A stretch of DNA of 64,000 nucleotides. Source: Escherichia phage vB_EcoM_011D4. Both the position numbers and the translations under genes were made by a program. The stretch is from sequence record MT478991.1; one strand, written 5' to 3'. A model generated the notes under the pieces. That model saw nothing but the letters and a program-made list of their open reading frames with translations. It was not told the origin of the DNA and made no database searches. Position 1 is the first letter of the stretch. Every line of letters starts with the position of its first letter. Shown in pieces: positions 17,915 to 26,027 of the stretch.

Positions 17915-18241
17915 TTATTGTTCTACAGTATAACCGTTGTTTTCAAGCCATGCAATAACAATCTTCTCACCAATTTCATCGAGCATTTCATCAGATCCAT
18001 ATTCTTTGATGAAAATCGATGGATCATTATTGCTTACTACGTGCTGAATCACAACATGTTCAGGAATTGCGTCTAGCAGTTCGCTATGATCATACTCATT
18101 AACGATATCTTCAACACTAACATTATTAACCAAATCAACATCATCCATAGTCACAGTAACGCGACCGGACGGACGCAATGAATATTGGCTACTTTCAACT
18201 TCAACATGTGCACTTTCGCAAGTAACTTTCATATCAACCAT
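17915..18241 (-). CDS. highly acidic protein (108 aa; about 23 Asp/Glu versus 5 Lys/Arg)
   Basis: Composition counted from the translation; located between rIIB and gp52 where T4 carries denB/ndd. Confidence 0.55.
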   Translation of the reverse strand: MVDMKVTCESAHVEVESSQYSLRPSGRVTVTMDDVDLVNNVSVEDIVNEYDHSELLDAIPEHVVIQHVVSNNDPSIFIKEYGSDEMLDEIGEKIVIAWLENNGYTVEQ

Positions 18242-18255
18242 AATTAATTCCTCTG

Positions 18256-19257
18256 TTAGTAATGGCTAAAACCTTCGGTTACATCTTCAACCACATAGTA
18301 ACGATGACAGCGCATTTTGGCATTCGCATAATCTTTCGGAATACTTACAACGTGACGAGGATCAACTTTGCATTTAATGATTCGGCCTCGTCCACCGCCA
18401 TAGTGTGGAATATAGTGTTTCGCTGCAACGTGGAGGCCATTAGAGCAAGTGCGATCATCATCTGGGTCAACGTCTTTACGCTTCATTTTAACCGTGCGCC
18501 CTGGGCTATTATCAAACGTATGAGTAAAGAAATCTTTATAATCAACATCAACACGTTTCCATGCATAGAAACAACCATCTTCCCCGATCTCAATGTCGTT
18601 GTGTTCTAAGAAGTCAAACAGACGATCTACCGCCTTACGGCTAGGGTTTTTCTTGCACTTCTCAAAGAAGTTCAGATAGTGCGTATATGGCTTATTCTCT
18701 TTAATAGACTCAACAACTCGACGAGTCAGATTATTATCAAGAACAATATTATGATAATACACAATACCATTTTCGATACGGAAAGCGCCGTGATAATATA
18801 CTTCAACCGCTTTCTTAATGTCAATCAGCGTAATTGCTTTAATAAAATCATTCTGCTTAACTGCTTCCAGTGCTTCCTTAAAGTTAACATGTGATGGATC
18901 AGCAGTATAAACAATGTCACCGCATGTAATAGTAATAAACTTAGTTGAGGCTATGGCTACGATTTTTGAGGTAGTAGTCACGGGCTTTTTTGCGCGTTCA
19001 CCACCTTTTCCTTTACTTGTTTTACGGCGTGCTTTACGTTTTTCTAGTGCCTTGCGACCTTCCGCTACTGCGTCTTTCTGAATCAGTAATACACGGGAGG
19101 CAGTACGACGAGATACCCCAAATGCTGCCGCAAGTGCTTCGCGGGTAGTAAACTTACCTTCGCCCCACTGTTTAGCCAGTTTGATTTGTTTTTCAGAATC
19201 CAGGCATTGAACGTTACGGTCAGAGACGGTGATTTTTGCTTTAGTCATAGTATTCAT
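18256..19257 (-). CDS. rIIB: rIIB protein
   Basis: C-terminal identity to T4 rIIB (KAVDRLFDFL..NDIEI.EDG.FYAWK...FDNSPG..VKM.R..V..DD.TCS.GLHV...VVSIP.DY..AKMR...Y.VVEDVTE.F). Confidence 0.88.
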   Translation of the reverse strand: MNTMTKAKITVSDRNVQCLDSEKQIKLAKQWGEGKFTTREALAAAFGVSRRTASRVLLIQKDAVAEGRKALEKRKARRKTSKGKGGERAKKPVTTTSKIVAIASTKFITITCGDIVYTADPSHVNFKEALEAVKQNDFIKAITLIDIKKAVEVYYHGAFRIENGIVYYHNIVLDNNLTRRVVESIKENKPYTHYLNFFEKCKKNPSRKAVDRLFDFLEHNDIEIGEDGCFYAWKRVDVDYKDFFTHTFDNSPGRTVKMKRKDVDPDDDRTCSNGLHVAAKHYIPHYGGGRGRIIKCKVDPRHVVSIPKDYANAKMRCHRYYVVEDVTEGFSHY

Positions 19258-19309
19258 TCCTCTATTAGTTGGGCGACTATCGCCGCCCGATTCACATCAT
19301 TATAACAGA

Positions 19310-19441
19310 ATTATTTTGCTTCGACAACCTTGCGGATTGTGCGGTCTGATACATTATAGATTCGTGCCAGTTCGCCTTTAGTCAAGCCGCGAGCGTATTG
19401 TTTACGGATGGTTTCTTTCTGGATAGCGGTCAGTTTAGTCA
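19310..19441 (-). CDS. small HTH protein (43 aa) resembling the rIIB N-terminus
   Basis: Below the ORF-track size cutoff; ATG at 19441 with GAGGTGA RBS; MTKLTAIQKETIRKQYARGLTKGELARIYNVSDRTIRKVVEAK resembles the rIIB N-terminal segment (...GVS..T.RRVL..AEEAK). Confidence 0.4.
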
Positions 19442-19453
19442 TAATATCACCTC

Positions 19454-21562
19454 TTAAAATTTAACATTCTTAACCAGTTTCATAAAGTCTTGTGCGCGTT
19501 TGTCGTTATGCAGAATACGATACCAGTTATCTACAATATCATACAGTAACGGGCTATTCTCTTTAAACTTCGCACAAACTGCTTTAATTCGTTCGTTTGC
19601 TGCCGTGAATTTTTCATCACAGATCTTTTTAGTTTCTTCGTCCATAATCCAACGAGTACGAAGGAGTAACTTGGAAACCTCTTTATTATAATGACGACCG
19701 TACAGTCTGTCAATAAATTCTGGAACACAGCGTTCTAGTTCATCGTCATGAAACAACATAGTGATCACACCCAGATATTCGCCATACCCCAGATGATTGG
19801 TCTTAACCTTCTTAGCCAGACCAGCCAGCTTACCGCGAACAAATTCTAGCGCACATTCCAATTGTTCGTCAACGAGATATTTTTGTGTCTCGTTTCGAGT
19901 AATAATATACTTTGTTACCCCGAAGTAGTCAAGCGCCGTGTGTAATGTATCTTCATTATAGATCGATTGACGGCTACGGCTTTCGAATGCATCACCCACA
20001 CGGAACATATGCAAACCTGATAACTCGCGAATCTCTGCCGCTTTCATGTGATGGCTGGTTTTATGCCAACTGTCACCAATCTTTTCCATGATATACACGT
20101 TAGGCAGCTTGGGAGTAGCTTCACGTTGTGTACGCTCGGTCTTCTCCGGCTTAACTGCTTTAGCACGCAGATCATCGGCCTCTGATACCTTAATCACGGT
20201 CATTTCAGAATCATCATAATACTGTTTGATGTACTCGAAAGTCTCCATATGTTTTTCGTTGTTCTGACGGAACACCAGTACCTTTTTATTGATTCCGTAT
20301 TCCTGGACCATGCCGTTAAGAGTCAGTGCACGCAGTTTCGGTTTATCGGTATCATCAATAAGACACGTAATATCTTCTTTATGCATCCATACAAAATGCG
20401 TAATGTTGTATTGACTGCTAACGAAAGCAGGGCGCAATTTACTGATTGTGTGACGAGTACGATACAGAGTATACACCTGACCTTCTACGTCATTTGGCGA
20501 ATCTTTACCCGCATTCACAAACTTATTATAGATTGCTACCGGATCATCCCACTGCCCGATCTTACCCATCTTGCTAATAATATTGCGTTGAGTCGATGAA
20601 TACTCGCTCATAAATTGCGCAAGTTTACGCTCTGTTTTAATGTTGGCGATCTTCTCTTTAACCTTTTCCAACATCATTTCATTGATTTCTGCAATGCGTT
20701 TTTCGATGTTCGCTTTAGTATCAATTGACAAGTGAACTTCTTCACGCGATGGCATCAGGTCCAGATCACCCAACTCAAAATTAATGTAAATGGTCTGGTG
20801 CTGGCGGTTTACAGCTTCTAACCACGTTCCGCGAACATATTCATACGGGATCGGATACTGGATCTTACCCATGATTGCATATACTACATAGGAATCGTTA
20901 TCACGACCATTGCAAACATAATAATTATCAAAGCTAGGGAAATAATTAATTTCGATTGCATTGATATTAGGTTTGTGTTCCCCAAAATGACGAAGTACAA
21001 ATTGTGCTTCTCGATGCCATGTCTGAATGTCTTTTTCTTTCACCGGAATAGTGATTTTCAGACCATTGTCTTCATAGGTCGGTTCGTCGAAAATCTGCAC
21101 CATTTTCGGCATAGAGTTTTGCACAAATGCCGTAAAGCCATAAGCGCGACCATTGTAATAGTTTACGATTGTAAAGGTGTCAGTGTAGCTATAAGCAGAT
21201 TTCGCACCTAAACCAAAAGATCCGATATAATCATTAGTCTGGTCTTTTGTTGATTCAAAGTAAACCGTAAACAGTTGTTCTAATTCTTTCTTAGACGGAA
21301 TACCAGTACCATAATCACGCACAGAAAAATACGGTTCGATTGCAGTCGGTAAATGAATATCAAACGGACGATCTAAGGTTCCGGCTTCTTTGTGAGTGTC
21401 GGTAGCATTGCACGAATACTCACGGACGCAAGCACGTTCACAATATTGATAGGTATTCTTAGAAAGCACCATAAAAGCCTTGCTACTTGCTTTCAGTGAA
21501 AAATCAACCGCACCGCTCAAGTCACTGCCAAATACTTCTTCATTATCAATATGCATTTTCAT
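19454..21562 (-). CDS. rIIA: rIIA protein (GHKL-type ATPase fold)
   Basis: N-terminal similarity to T4 rIIA (KAF..L.S..Y...VRA.VRE...N..D.H); size about 700 aa; upstream of rIIB as in T4. Confidence 0.85.
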   Translation of the reverse strand: MKMHIDNEEVFGSDLSGAVDFSLKASSKAFMVLSKNTYQYCERACVREYSCNATDTHKEAGTLDRPFDIHLPTAIEPYFSVRDYGTGIPSKKELEQLFTVYFESTKDQTNDYIGSFGLGAKSAYSYTDTFTIVNYYNGRAYGFTAFVQNSMPKMVQIFDEPTYEDNGLKITIPVKEKDIQTWHREAQFVLRHFGEHKPNINAIEINYFPSFDNYYVCNGRDNDSYVVYAIMGKIQYPIPYEYVRGTWLEAVNRQHQTIYINFELGDLDLMPSREEVHLSIDTKANIEKRIAEINEMMLEKVKEKIANIKTERKLAQFMSEYSSTQRNIISKMGKIGQWDDPVAIYNKFVNAGKDSPNDVEGQVYTLYRTRHTISKLRPAFVSSQYNITHFVWMHKEDITCLIDDTDKPKLRALTLNGMVQEYGINKKVLVFRQNNEKHMETFEYIKQYYDDSEMTVIKVSEADDLRAKAVKPEKTERTQREATPKLPNVYIMEKIGDSWHKTSHHMKAAEIRELSGLHMFRVGDAFESRSRQSIYNEDTLHTALDYFGVTKYIITRNETQKYLVDEQLECALEFVRGKLAGLAKKVKTNHLGYGEYLGVITMLFHDDELERCVPEFIDRLYGRHYNKEVSKLLLRTRWIMDEETKKICDEKFTAANERIKAVCAKFKENSPLLYDIVDNWYRILHNDKRAQDFMKLVKNVKF

Positions 21563-21576
21563 AATATAATACTCAC

Positions 21577-21834
21577 TTAATTAAAATCTTCTTTGTCCAT
21601 CTCTGCGTAGATTACATCCCACGCCCATAAATCAATAAACGCATTATATGTCACGGTGCAATCGTTGTCAATCACTTCTTTCGCATATTTCTTGATGTTT
21701 TCGTAGGAAACTTGCGGATCAATTTTGTGTTTACGAAGATGCGCATATTCATACCTCAAACACTCCATAAACAGGTCCATCGATTTCTTTTCTCGATGAC
21801 ACTTGGCGATCAGAAAATCAAAACTTCGACTCAT
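21577..21834 (-). CDS. hypothetical protein (85 aa)
   Basis: ORF track. Confidence 0.5.
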   Translation of the reverse strand: MSRSFDFLIAKCHREKKSMDLFMECLRYEYAHLRKHKIDPQVSYENIKKYAKEVIDNDCTVTYNAFIDLWAWDVIYAEMDKEDFN

Positions 21835-21844
21835 TTTCTACTCC

Positions 21845-22039
21845 TTATACATTTTCAATCACCCATTGCAGATGGGCTTCTGCGTCAACCAGTTCAGCGC
21901 GGCTTTTCTCTAAGCACTTGCTGTATTCTTTACGTTCCCAATCAGCAATTTCGTTTTTCAAGACTTCTTCATAGTAAGCAATTACGCCTTTCAGATCGGA
22001 AACTCTACGGCTTGCCAGTTCGATGTAATGGTTACGCAT
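21845..22039 (-). CDS. hypothetical protein (64 aa)
   Basis: ORF track. Confidence 0.45.
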   Translation of the reverse strand: MRNHYIELASRRVSDLKGVIAYYEEVLKNEIADWERKEYSKCLEKSRAELVDAEAHLQWVIENV

Positions 22040-22226
22040 TTTGATTCTCCTTTGTTACTAGATAACGAATTTGGTCTTGCATTGCGATCAGTTCCCAGCG
22101 TGCTACTTTCATCATGGAAACTGACTCTTTGAACATAATATTAGCTTTTTCCTTCTCCCCTGTCAAGTAGATTTCTGCAATTTTTTCACAAAATTTTTGA
22201 GTTTCTTCATTCTTAAACGGTTTCAT
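22032..22226 (-). CDS. hypothetical protein (~64 aa)
   Basis: Refined ATG at 22226 (track start 22235 is TTG). Confidence 0.45.
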   Translation of the reverse strand: MKPFKNEETQKFCEKIAEIYLTGEKEKANIMFKESVSMMKVARWELIAMQDQIRYLVTKENQNA

Positions 22227-22250
22227 ATAAGTCAACCTTTTGTTTTCGAT

Positions 22251-22285
22251 GGGGACATTATGATATATCCCCTATCTGGTGTCAA
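22251..22285 (-). promoter_or_regulatory. PeSL-type early promoter: TTGACA-17-CATAAT with GGGGA/TCCCC stem
   Basis: -35 at 22285..22280, -10 at 22262..22257; A-rich tract upstream. Confidence 0.5.
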
Positions 22286-22293
22286 CAACTTTT

Positions 22294-22593
22294 TTAATCT
22301 TTTTTCAGTGCGTCCATTACTCGCTCTGCGATCAGTTCTCGTAAGCACTGATAACCATGATATTTGATGGCAATGTCACGCAGATCATTAACCAGTTCTC
22401 GCACTTCATGGTCTTTCAGATCGTCTCTGTATTTCGATTTAACCGTGTCTTTAGGTGGATTGCGGATAACCTGAAAACCTTGTTCTGCAATCACTGCGGC
22501 TTCTCGCTGGCGTTCATGTTGTACGGTGTTTTTGATCAGGTCCGCTTCCATGAACTTTGCCATGCTCATCATCATGTTATTCTTTTTGCTCAT
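22294..22593 (-). CDS. hypothetical protein (~100 aa)
   Basis: Refined ATG at 22593 (MSKKNNMMM...); track start 22674 is an extension through the promoter. Confidence 0.5.
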   Translation of the reverse strand: MSKKNNMMMSMAKFMEADLIKNTVQHERQREAAVIAEQGFQVIRNPPKDTVKSKYRDDLKDHEVRELVNDLRDIAIKYHGYQCLRELIAERVMDALKKD

Positions 22594-22613
22594 TATTAAA
22601 TCCTCATAAAAGA

Positions 22614-22655
22614 AAAGGGAGACTCCCATTATAGAGAATCTCCCTTTTATGTCAA
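22614..22655 (-). promoter_or_regulatory. PeSL-type early promoter: TTGACA-16-TATAAT with 9-bp AAAGGGAGA/TCTCCCTTT stem-loop
   Basis: -35 at 22655..22650; TATAAT at 22633..22628 lies in the hairpin loop; directly after the gp39 stop. Confidence 0.6.
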
Positions 22656-22658
22656 GTG

Positions 22659-24482
22659 TTATGATTGCATCCAAATTTTGCGCTGATCTGCATCTTCACT
22701 ATAGAGCAAATCGAATAGCTCTTTATAGTTTTCCGGCAACGTGATGATTTCCATTACAGGATCGTTGATCACGCGATGATAATCTGATTCTGTAAGCGAT
22801 GCTAACCCTTTGATATATCGAATGCTATAACCTTTGATATTATCTCGGTCGTTCTCAAAATCTTCTAGGTCATAATACCATCGAACATCATTACCTTTCT
22901 TTTGTTCCGCAATGATAATAGGTGTTTTGATAAACCGGATTCGTCCATCTTCGAACAATTCAGGCCAACGAGCAAAGAAAGAAATCAGACTAGGTTTAAT
23001 AGACCCGATCCCGTCAGTATCAGCGTCTGTCATAATCGCAATATTTTTGTATTGCATAACTTCCAGCGCATCAACACCAAATTGCAAACCAGTGATCGCC
23101 ATGATGTTAAAAATTTCGGCGTTCTTAACGATCTTTGCCTCTGGTTGTTCCCACGTTGTAAGAGTTTTACCTCGCAACGGGAAACCGCCATGTAAATCTT
23201 GATCACGTACAGAGATCAGATAGTTGATCGCGGAATCACCTTCCGTCAAAAACAGGGTAGTTTCTGCGTCAGTTCCAATAAGGTTAGCTTTAACGTGTTT
23301 TGCTACCTTAGCCCGTTTTGCTGCCTTTGCTGCCTTAGTCGCTGCCGCTTTATCTGCTGCCTCTTTGCGTGCCAGGACTACAGCAATAATAGGCATGATA
23401 ATGTTTTCTTTCTTCGCAATGACTTTAGCCAGCTTTTTAAAATCAAGATCAATATGACGCTTGATATCACCAGTTGGATTAGTCAATCGTTCTTTTGTCT
23501 GTGAATCAAAACGGAGGTTTGGCAATTCACGAACAATAAGAATACAGGTCAATCCAGACTTAACCGCAGCTTTAGTAACATCAACCTTATATTCTTTCTT
23601 GATTCGTTTTACAATCTCTTCACAAAGATCATCTGTCACGTAGTCTACGTGTGTTCCCCCGTTTTTGGTAAACAGACCATTAGCAAATGATACTGATTTA
23701 AAACCTTCACCTTCAACCGCAGGAACTAGGGCAAGTGAAAAGTTTTTATCTTCAATGACAAACGGATCATCATTGTATAGTTTAGCATAATCCTTGAACT
23801 TACTAACAATACGTTTACCATTAAACTTAAACGTGATCTTAGGAAATATTACGCTCAATGATTGCAGACGATCATGAACAATATCTAAAACAGAGTTGTC
23901 CATCATATAACCTTCGAAGTGGTCGAAGTCTGGGCAAAATGTAACCTTTGTTCCCTTCAATTTTGATGGTTTCGATGACCATGTGATATTTTCAGCACCG
24001 TTTGTACATTGAACGGTCATTTCTGTTTCGCCGTCACAGGTCACACCAGTAAACCAATCGCTAAAGAAATTTGACAACGACGACCCCACACCGTTCATCC
24101 CTTGCGTTAGTCGATTTGTATCATCAAAGTTAGACCCTGCTTTTGTTCGTGTCCATGCGGCTACAGGTTGCGGAATCTGCGTGCCCTCTGGGGTAGTAAC
24201 CATATGTTGAGGAATACCGCGACCATTGTCTGTTACCGTAACAATATTGTTTTGGATATCGACGCTAATCACATTGGCAAATTCAAAGTTAGTGCGGATC
24301 GCCTCGTCTACAGAGTTGTCGATGATCTCATCAATGATTTTAACCAGTCCTGGAACATATGAAATTTTTGTCCATTTACCGAACAGGAAACGTTGATGTT
24401 CTTCGTAAGTTGTTGATCCTATATACATTCCTGCACGCTTAAGGACATGTTCACGATCAGATAAAATGCGAAACTCACTCAT
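22659..24482 (-). CDS. 39: DNA topoisomerase II large subunit gp39 (GyrB-like ATPase), fused single-chain form (607 aa)
   Basis: Strong identity to T4 gp39 (HVLKRAGMYIGS, GLVKIIDEIIDNSVDE, DNGRGIP, GMNGVGSS, KNGGTH, LTEGDSAI); continuous ORF, no split into 39 + 60. Confidence 0.93.
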   Translation of the reverse strand: MSEFRILSDREHVLKRAGMYIGSTTYEEHQRFLFGKWTKISYVPGLVKIIDEIIDNSVDEAIRTNFEFANVISVDIQNNIVTVTDNGRGIPQHMVTTPEGTQIPQPVAAWTRTKAGSNFDDTNRLTQGMNGVGSSLSNFFSDWFTGVTCDGETEMTVQCTNGAENITWSSKPSKLKGTKVTFCPDFDHFEGYMMDNSVLDIVHDRLQSLSVIFPKITFKFNGKRIVSKFKDYAKLYNDDPFVIEDKNFSLALVPAVEGEGFKSVSFANGLFTKNGGTHVDYVTDDLCEEIVKRIKKEYKVDVTKAAVKSGLTCILIVRELPNLRFDSQTKERLTNPTGDIKRHIDLDFKKLAKVIAKKENIIMPIIAVVLARKEAADKAAATKAAKAAKRAKVAKHVKANLIGTDAETTLFLTEGDSAINYLISVRDQDLHGGFPLRGKTLTTWEQPEAKIVKNAEIFNIMAITGLQFGVDALEVMQYKNIAIMTDADTDGIGSIKPSLISFFARWPELFEDGRIRFIKTPIIIAEQKKGNDVRWYYDLEDFENDRDNIKGYSIRYIKGLASLTESDYHRVINDPVMEIITLPENYKELFDLLYSEDADQRKIWMQS

Positions 24483-24544
24483 TATTAAACCTCTTCATAA
24501 CATAACCATAACTTACTGCAACCGCCACAAAGACGGCTGCAACA

Positions 24545-24572
24545 ATCATATTAAAAATTGAGTGATTGTCAA
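24545..24572 (-). promoter_or_regulatory. early promoter TTGACA-16-TATGAT upstream of gene 39
   Basis: -35 at 24572..24567, -10 at 24550..24545; about 60-nt leader to the gp39 ATG. Confidence 0.5.
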
Positions 24573-24581
24573 GTATATGAC

Positions 24582-24755
24582 TCATGATACGCGCACATTT
24601 TTATCATAGTACCCGCCATTAATCCCGCGCGGGGCAGTCAATCCCTGTTTGCATTCTTTACCACATTCAGGGCATTCTGCCTTTTCACGCTCGGAAATTT
24701 TGCGGATTTTCTGAAATTGACCGTGTTCTTCACAAGAATAATCGTATAATGGCAT
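24582..24755 (-). CDS. small zinc-ribbon protein (57 aa, FmdB-like CxxH...CxxC)
   Basis: Refined ATG at 24755 with GGGGA RBS; MPLYDYSCEEHGQF...CPECGKEC pattern. Confidence 0.5.
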   Translation of the reverse strand: MPLYDYSCEEHGQFQKIRKISEREKAECPECGKECKQGLTAPRGINGGYYDKNVRVS

Positions 24756-24756
24756 A

Positions 24757-25425
24757 TTATCCCCTTTGTTTCTTAACTGAATTTGGATCTGGATTTTCTG
24801 GTAGGTCTTCCAGACCCATAGCATAACGTTGTGCATAGATTAGCATAAGAATATCGCGAGCGCAATCATGAATTGCATCATGTGCGATAAAACCATCTAG
24901 CGTACCCATTGGTAACGGACACTCACACATCCCGCGATGCATCAATGTACGCTCAATGGCGGTGCGAACATCTCGGATATTCCAGAATCGCACAGGTTCA
25001 AGGCTGAACGTCTCTCGTGTATTGTGTGCACGGCGGATCATATCAACTAGCAACGGAATATCAAACGCATTACCGCGTGACCACATTACTGATTTAACCG
25101 GATCTACTCCTACGGCTTCACAGAATGCGTTAAAACGAGCTAAACCTTCTTTAGTTGATACTTCCGTACCATTTGTGATTAATTGCTTTCTCATGCCTTC
25201 TGAGGCGGTATTCTTCCACCATTCAACCACACCATGATCAAACACCCTTACACCTTTCTGGGAAGGAATATCAAATTTTACCAGAAAGGAATTGTCAACC
25301 AGTTCTTTAAATGTAGGTGGATTGTGCGGATCTTCTTTAAATCCGATTGCCGCCATATTGATCACCGCCCCATCAGGCGGATAACCTAAACTTTCAAAGT
25401 CAATCATTAAATCCACTGGAAGCAT
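24757..25425 (-). CDS. dexA: exonuclease A (DexA)
   Basis: Refined ATG at 25425 with GGAGG RBS; N-terminal MIDFESLG resembles T4 DexA (IIDFETMG); position between dda and 39. Confidence 0.7.
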   Translation of the reverse strand: MLPVDLMIDFESLGYPPDGAVINMAAIGFKEDPHNPPTFKELVDNSFLVKFDIPSQKGVRVFDHGVVEWWKNTASEGMRKQLITNGTEVSTKEGLARFNAFCEAVGVDPVKSVMWSRGNAFDIPLLVDMIRRAHNTRETFSLEPVRFWNIRDVRTAIERTLMHRGMCECPLPMGTLDGFIAHDAIHDCARDILMLIYAQRYAMGLEDLPENPDPNSVKKQRG

Positions 25426-25426
25426 T

Positions 25427-25669
25427 TTAAATATCCTCCGCGATGTGCCGGAATAACTCCAGATCATTTTTATCAAGAATGAAACCGCTACAATCAATAA
25501 TTCCTTTACCGTAATTATCGGTTAACAGTCGGTCCGTTGCCATGTATTCGCGTACTTTGTTGTTAAAATTCATTACATGTTGTGCATAGTCACAATGAAT
25601 CTTTTGACGGTTCCACGCGACAATTGATTGTAGATGTATTACATTAGCCATATCATTAATAACAACCAT
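25427..25669 (-). CDS. hypothetical protein (80 aa), third of a tandem small-gene array
   Basis: ORF track; ATG preceded by the repeated junction cactaagcGAGGtttttgatATG. Confidence 0.5.
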   Translation of the reverse strand: MVVINDMANVIHLQSIVAWNRQKIHCDYAQHVMNFNNKVREYMATDRLLTDNYGKGIIDCSGFILDKNDLELFRHIAEDI

Positions 25670-25726
25670 ATCAAAAACCTCGCTTAGTGGAATGTTCTGG
25701 CATTTTTATTGATACATTCAGCTTGG
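25664..25726 (-). repeat. direct repeat copy A (about 60 bp) spanning a gene 3' end, RBS and next start
   Basis: Near-identical to 25844-25906 (catatcaaaaacctcgcttagtg.aatg.tc...cattttattgatacat.cagctt). Confidence 0.7.
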
Positions 25727-25848
25727 TAGTCACGAGATTTTTTTGACGAATTAAGAGCTACAGCCAAAAAATCCTGTAACTGCTCGTTTGTCATTTTTGG
25801 CTTACGACGCGTATCTAAACTCTTCGTTCTTCTAACTTCATTAGCCAT
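25684..25848 (-). CDS. hypothetical small protein (54 aa), second of a tandem array
   Basis: Below track cutoff; ATG at 25848; C-terminus ...QAECINKNARTFH encoded within the repeated junction. Confidence 0.4.
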   Translation of the reverse strand: MANEVRRTKSLDTRRKPKMTNEQLQDFLAVALNSSKKSRDYQAECINKNARTFH

Positions 25849-25906
25849 ATCAAAAACCTCGCTTAGTGAAATGCTCGATCATTTTATTGATACATGCAGC
25901 TTCACT
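25844..25906 (-). repeat. direct repeat copy B (about 60 bp)
   Basis: See copy A. Confidence 0.7.
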
Positions 25907-26017
25907 ATCGCCGGACACGTTCCAGCCGTATAGACCCCATCTAAAGCACATGGTAACAGTTCCATTGTGACGGCTTACCGTCACATCATTAAATTCTGGG
26001 ATACTTCGCATAATCAT
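25850..26017 (-). CDS. hypothetical small protein (53-55 aa), first of a tandem array
   Basis: Below track cutoff; ATG at 26017 or 26011 with GAGGAA RBS; C-terminus ...EAACINKMIEHFTKRGF. Confidence 0.4.
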   Translation of the reverse strand: MIMRSIPEFNDVTVSRHNGTVTMCFRWGLYGWNVSGDSEAACINKMIEHFTKRGF

Positions 26018-26027
26018 AATAATTTCC

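Noticed and set aside
19258-19309. GGGCG/CGCCC inverted repeat between the HTH mini-gene and rIIB.
   Set aside because: Short stem, no U-tract and no adjacent promoter hexamers; significance unclear.
22659-24482. Looked for a split topoisomerase (gene 39 + gene 60) and the T4 50-nt translational bypass.
   Set aside because: gp39 is a single continuous 607-aa ORF covering both parts; no separate gene 60 and no bypass-like gap.
24477-24549. 24-codon hydrophobic ORF (MIVAAVFVAVAVSYGYVMKRFNNE) overlapping the gp39 start codon.
   Set aside because: Its ATG lies inside the -10 element of the gp39 promoter and has no RBS, so it would sit at the extreme 5' end of the transcript; more likely leader sequence than a gene.
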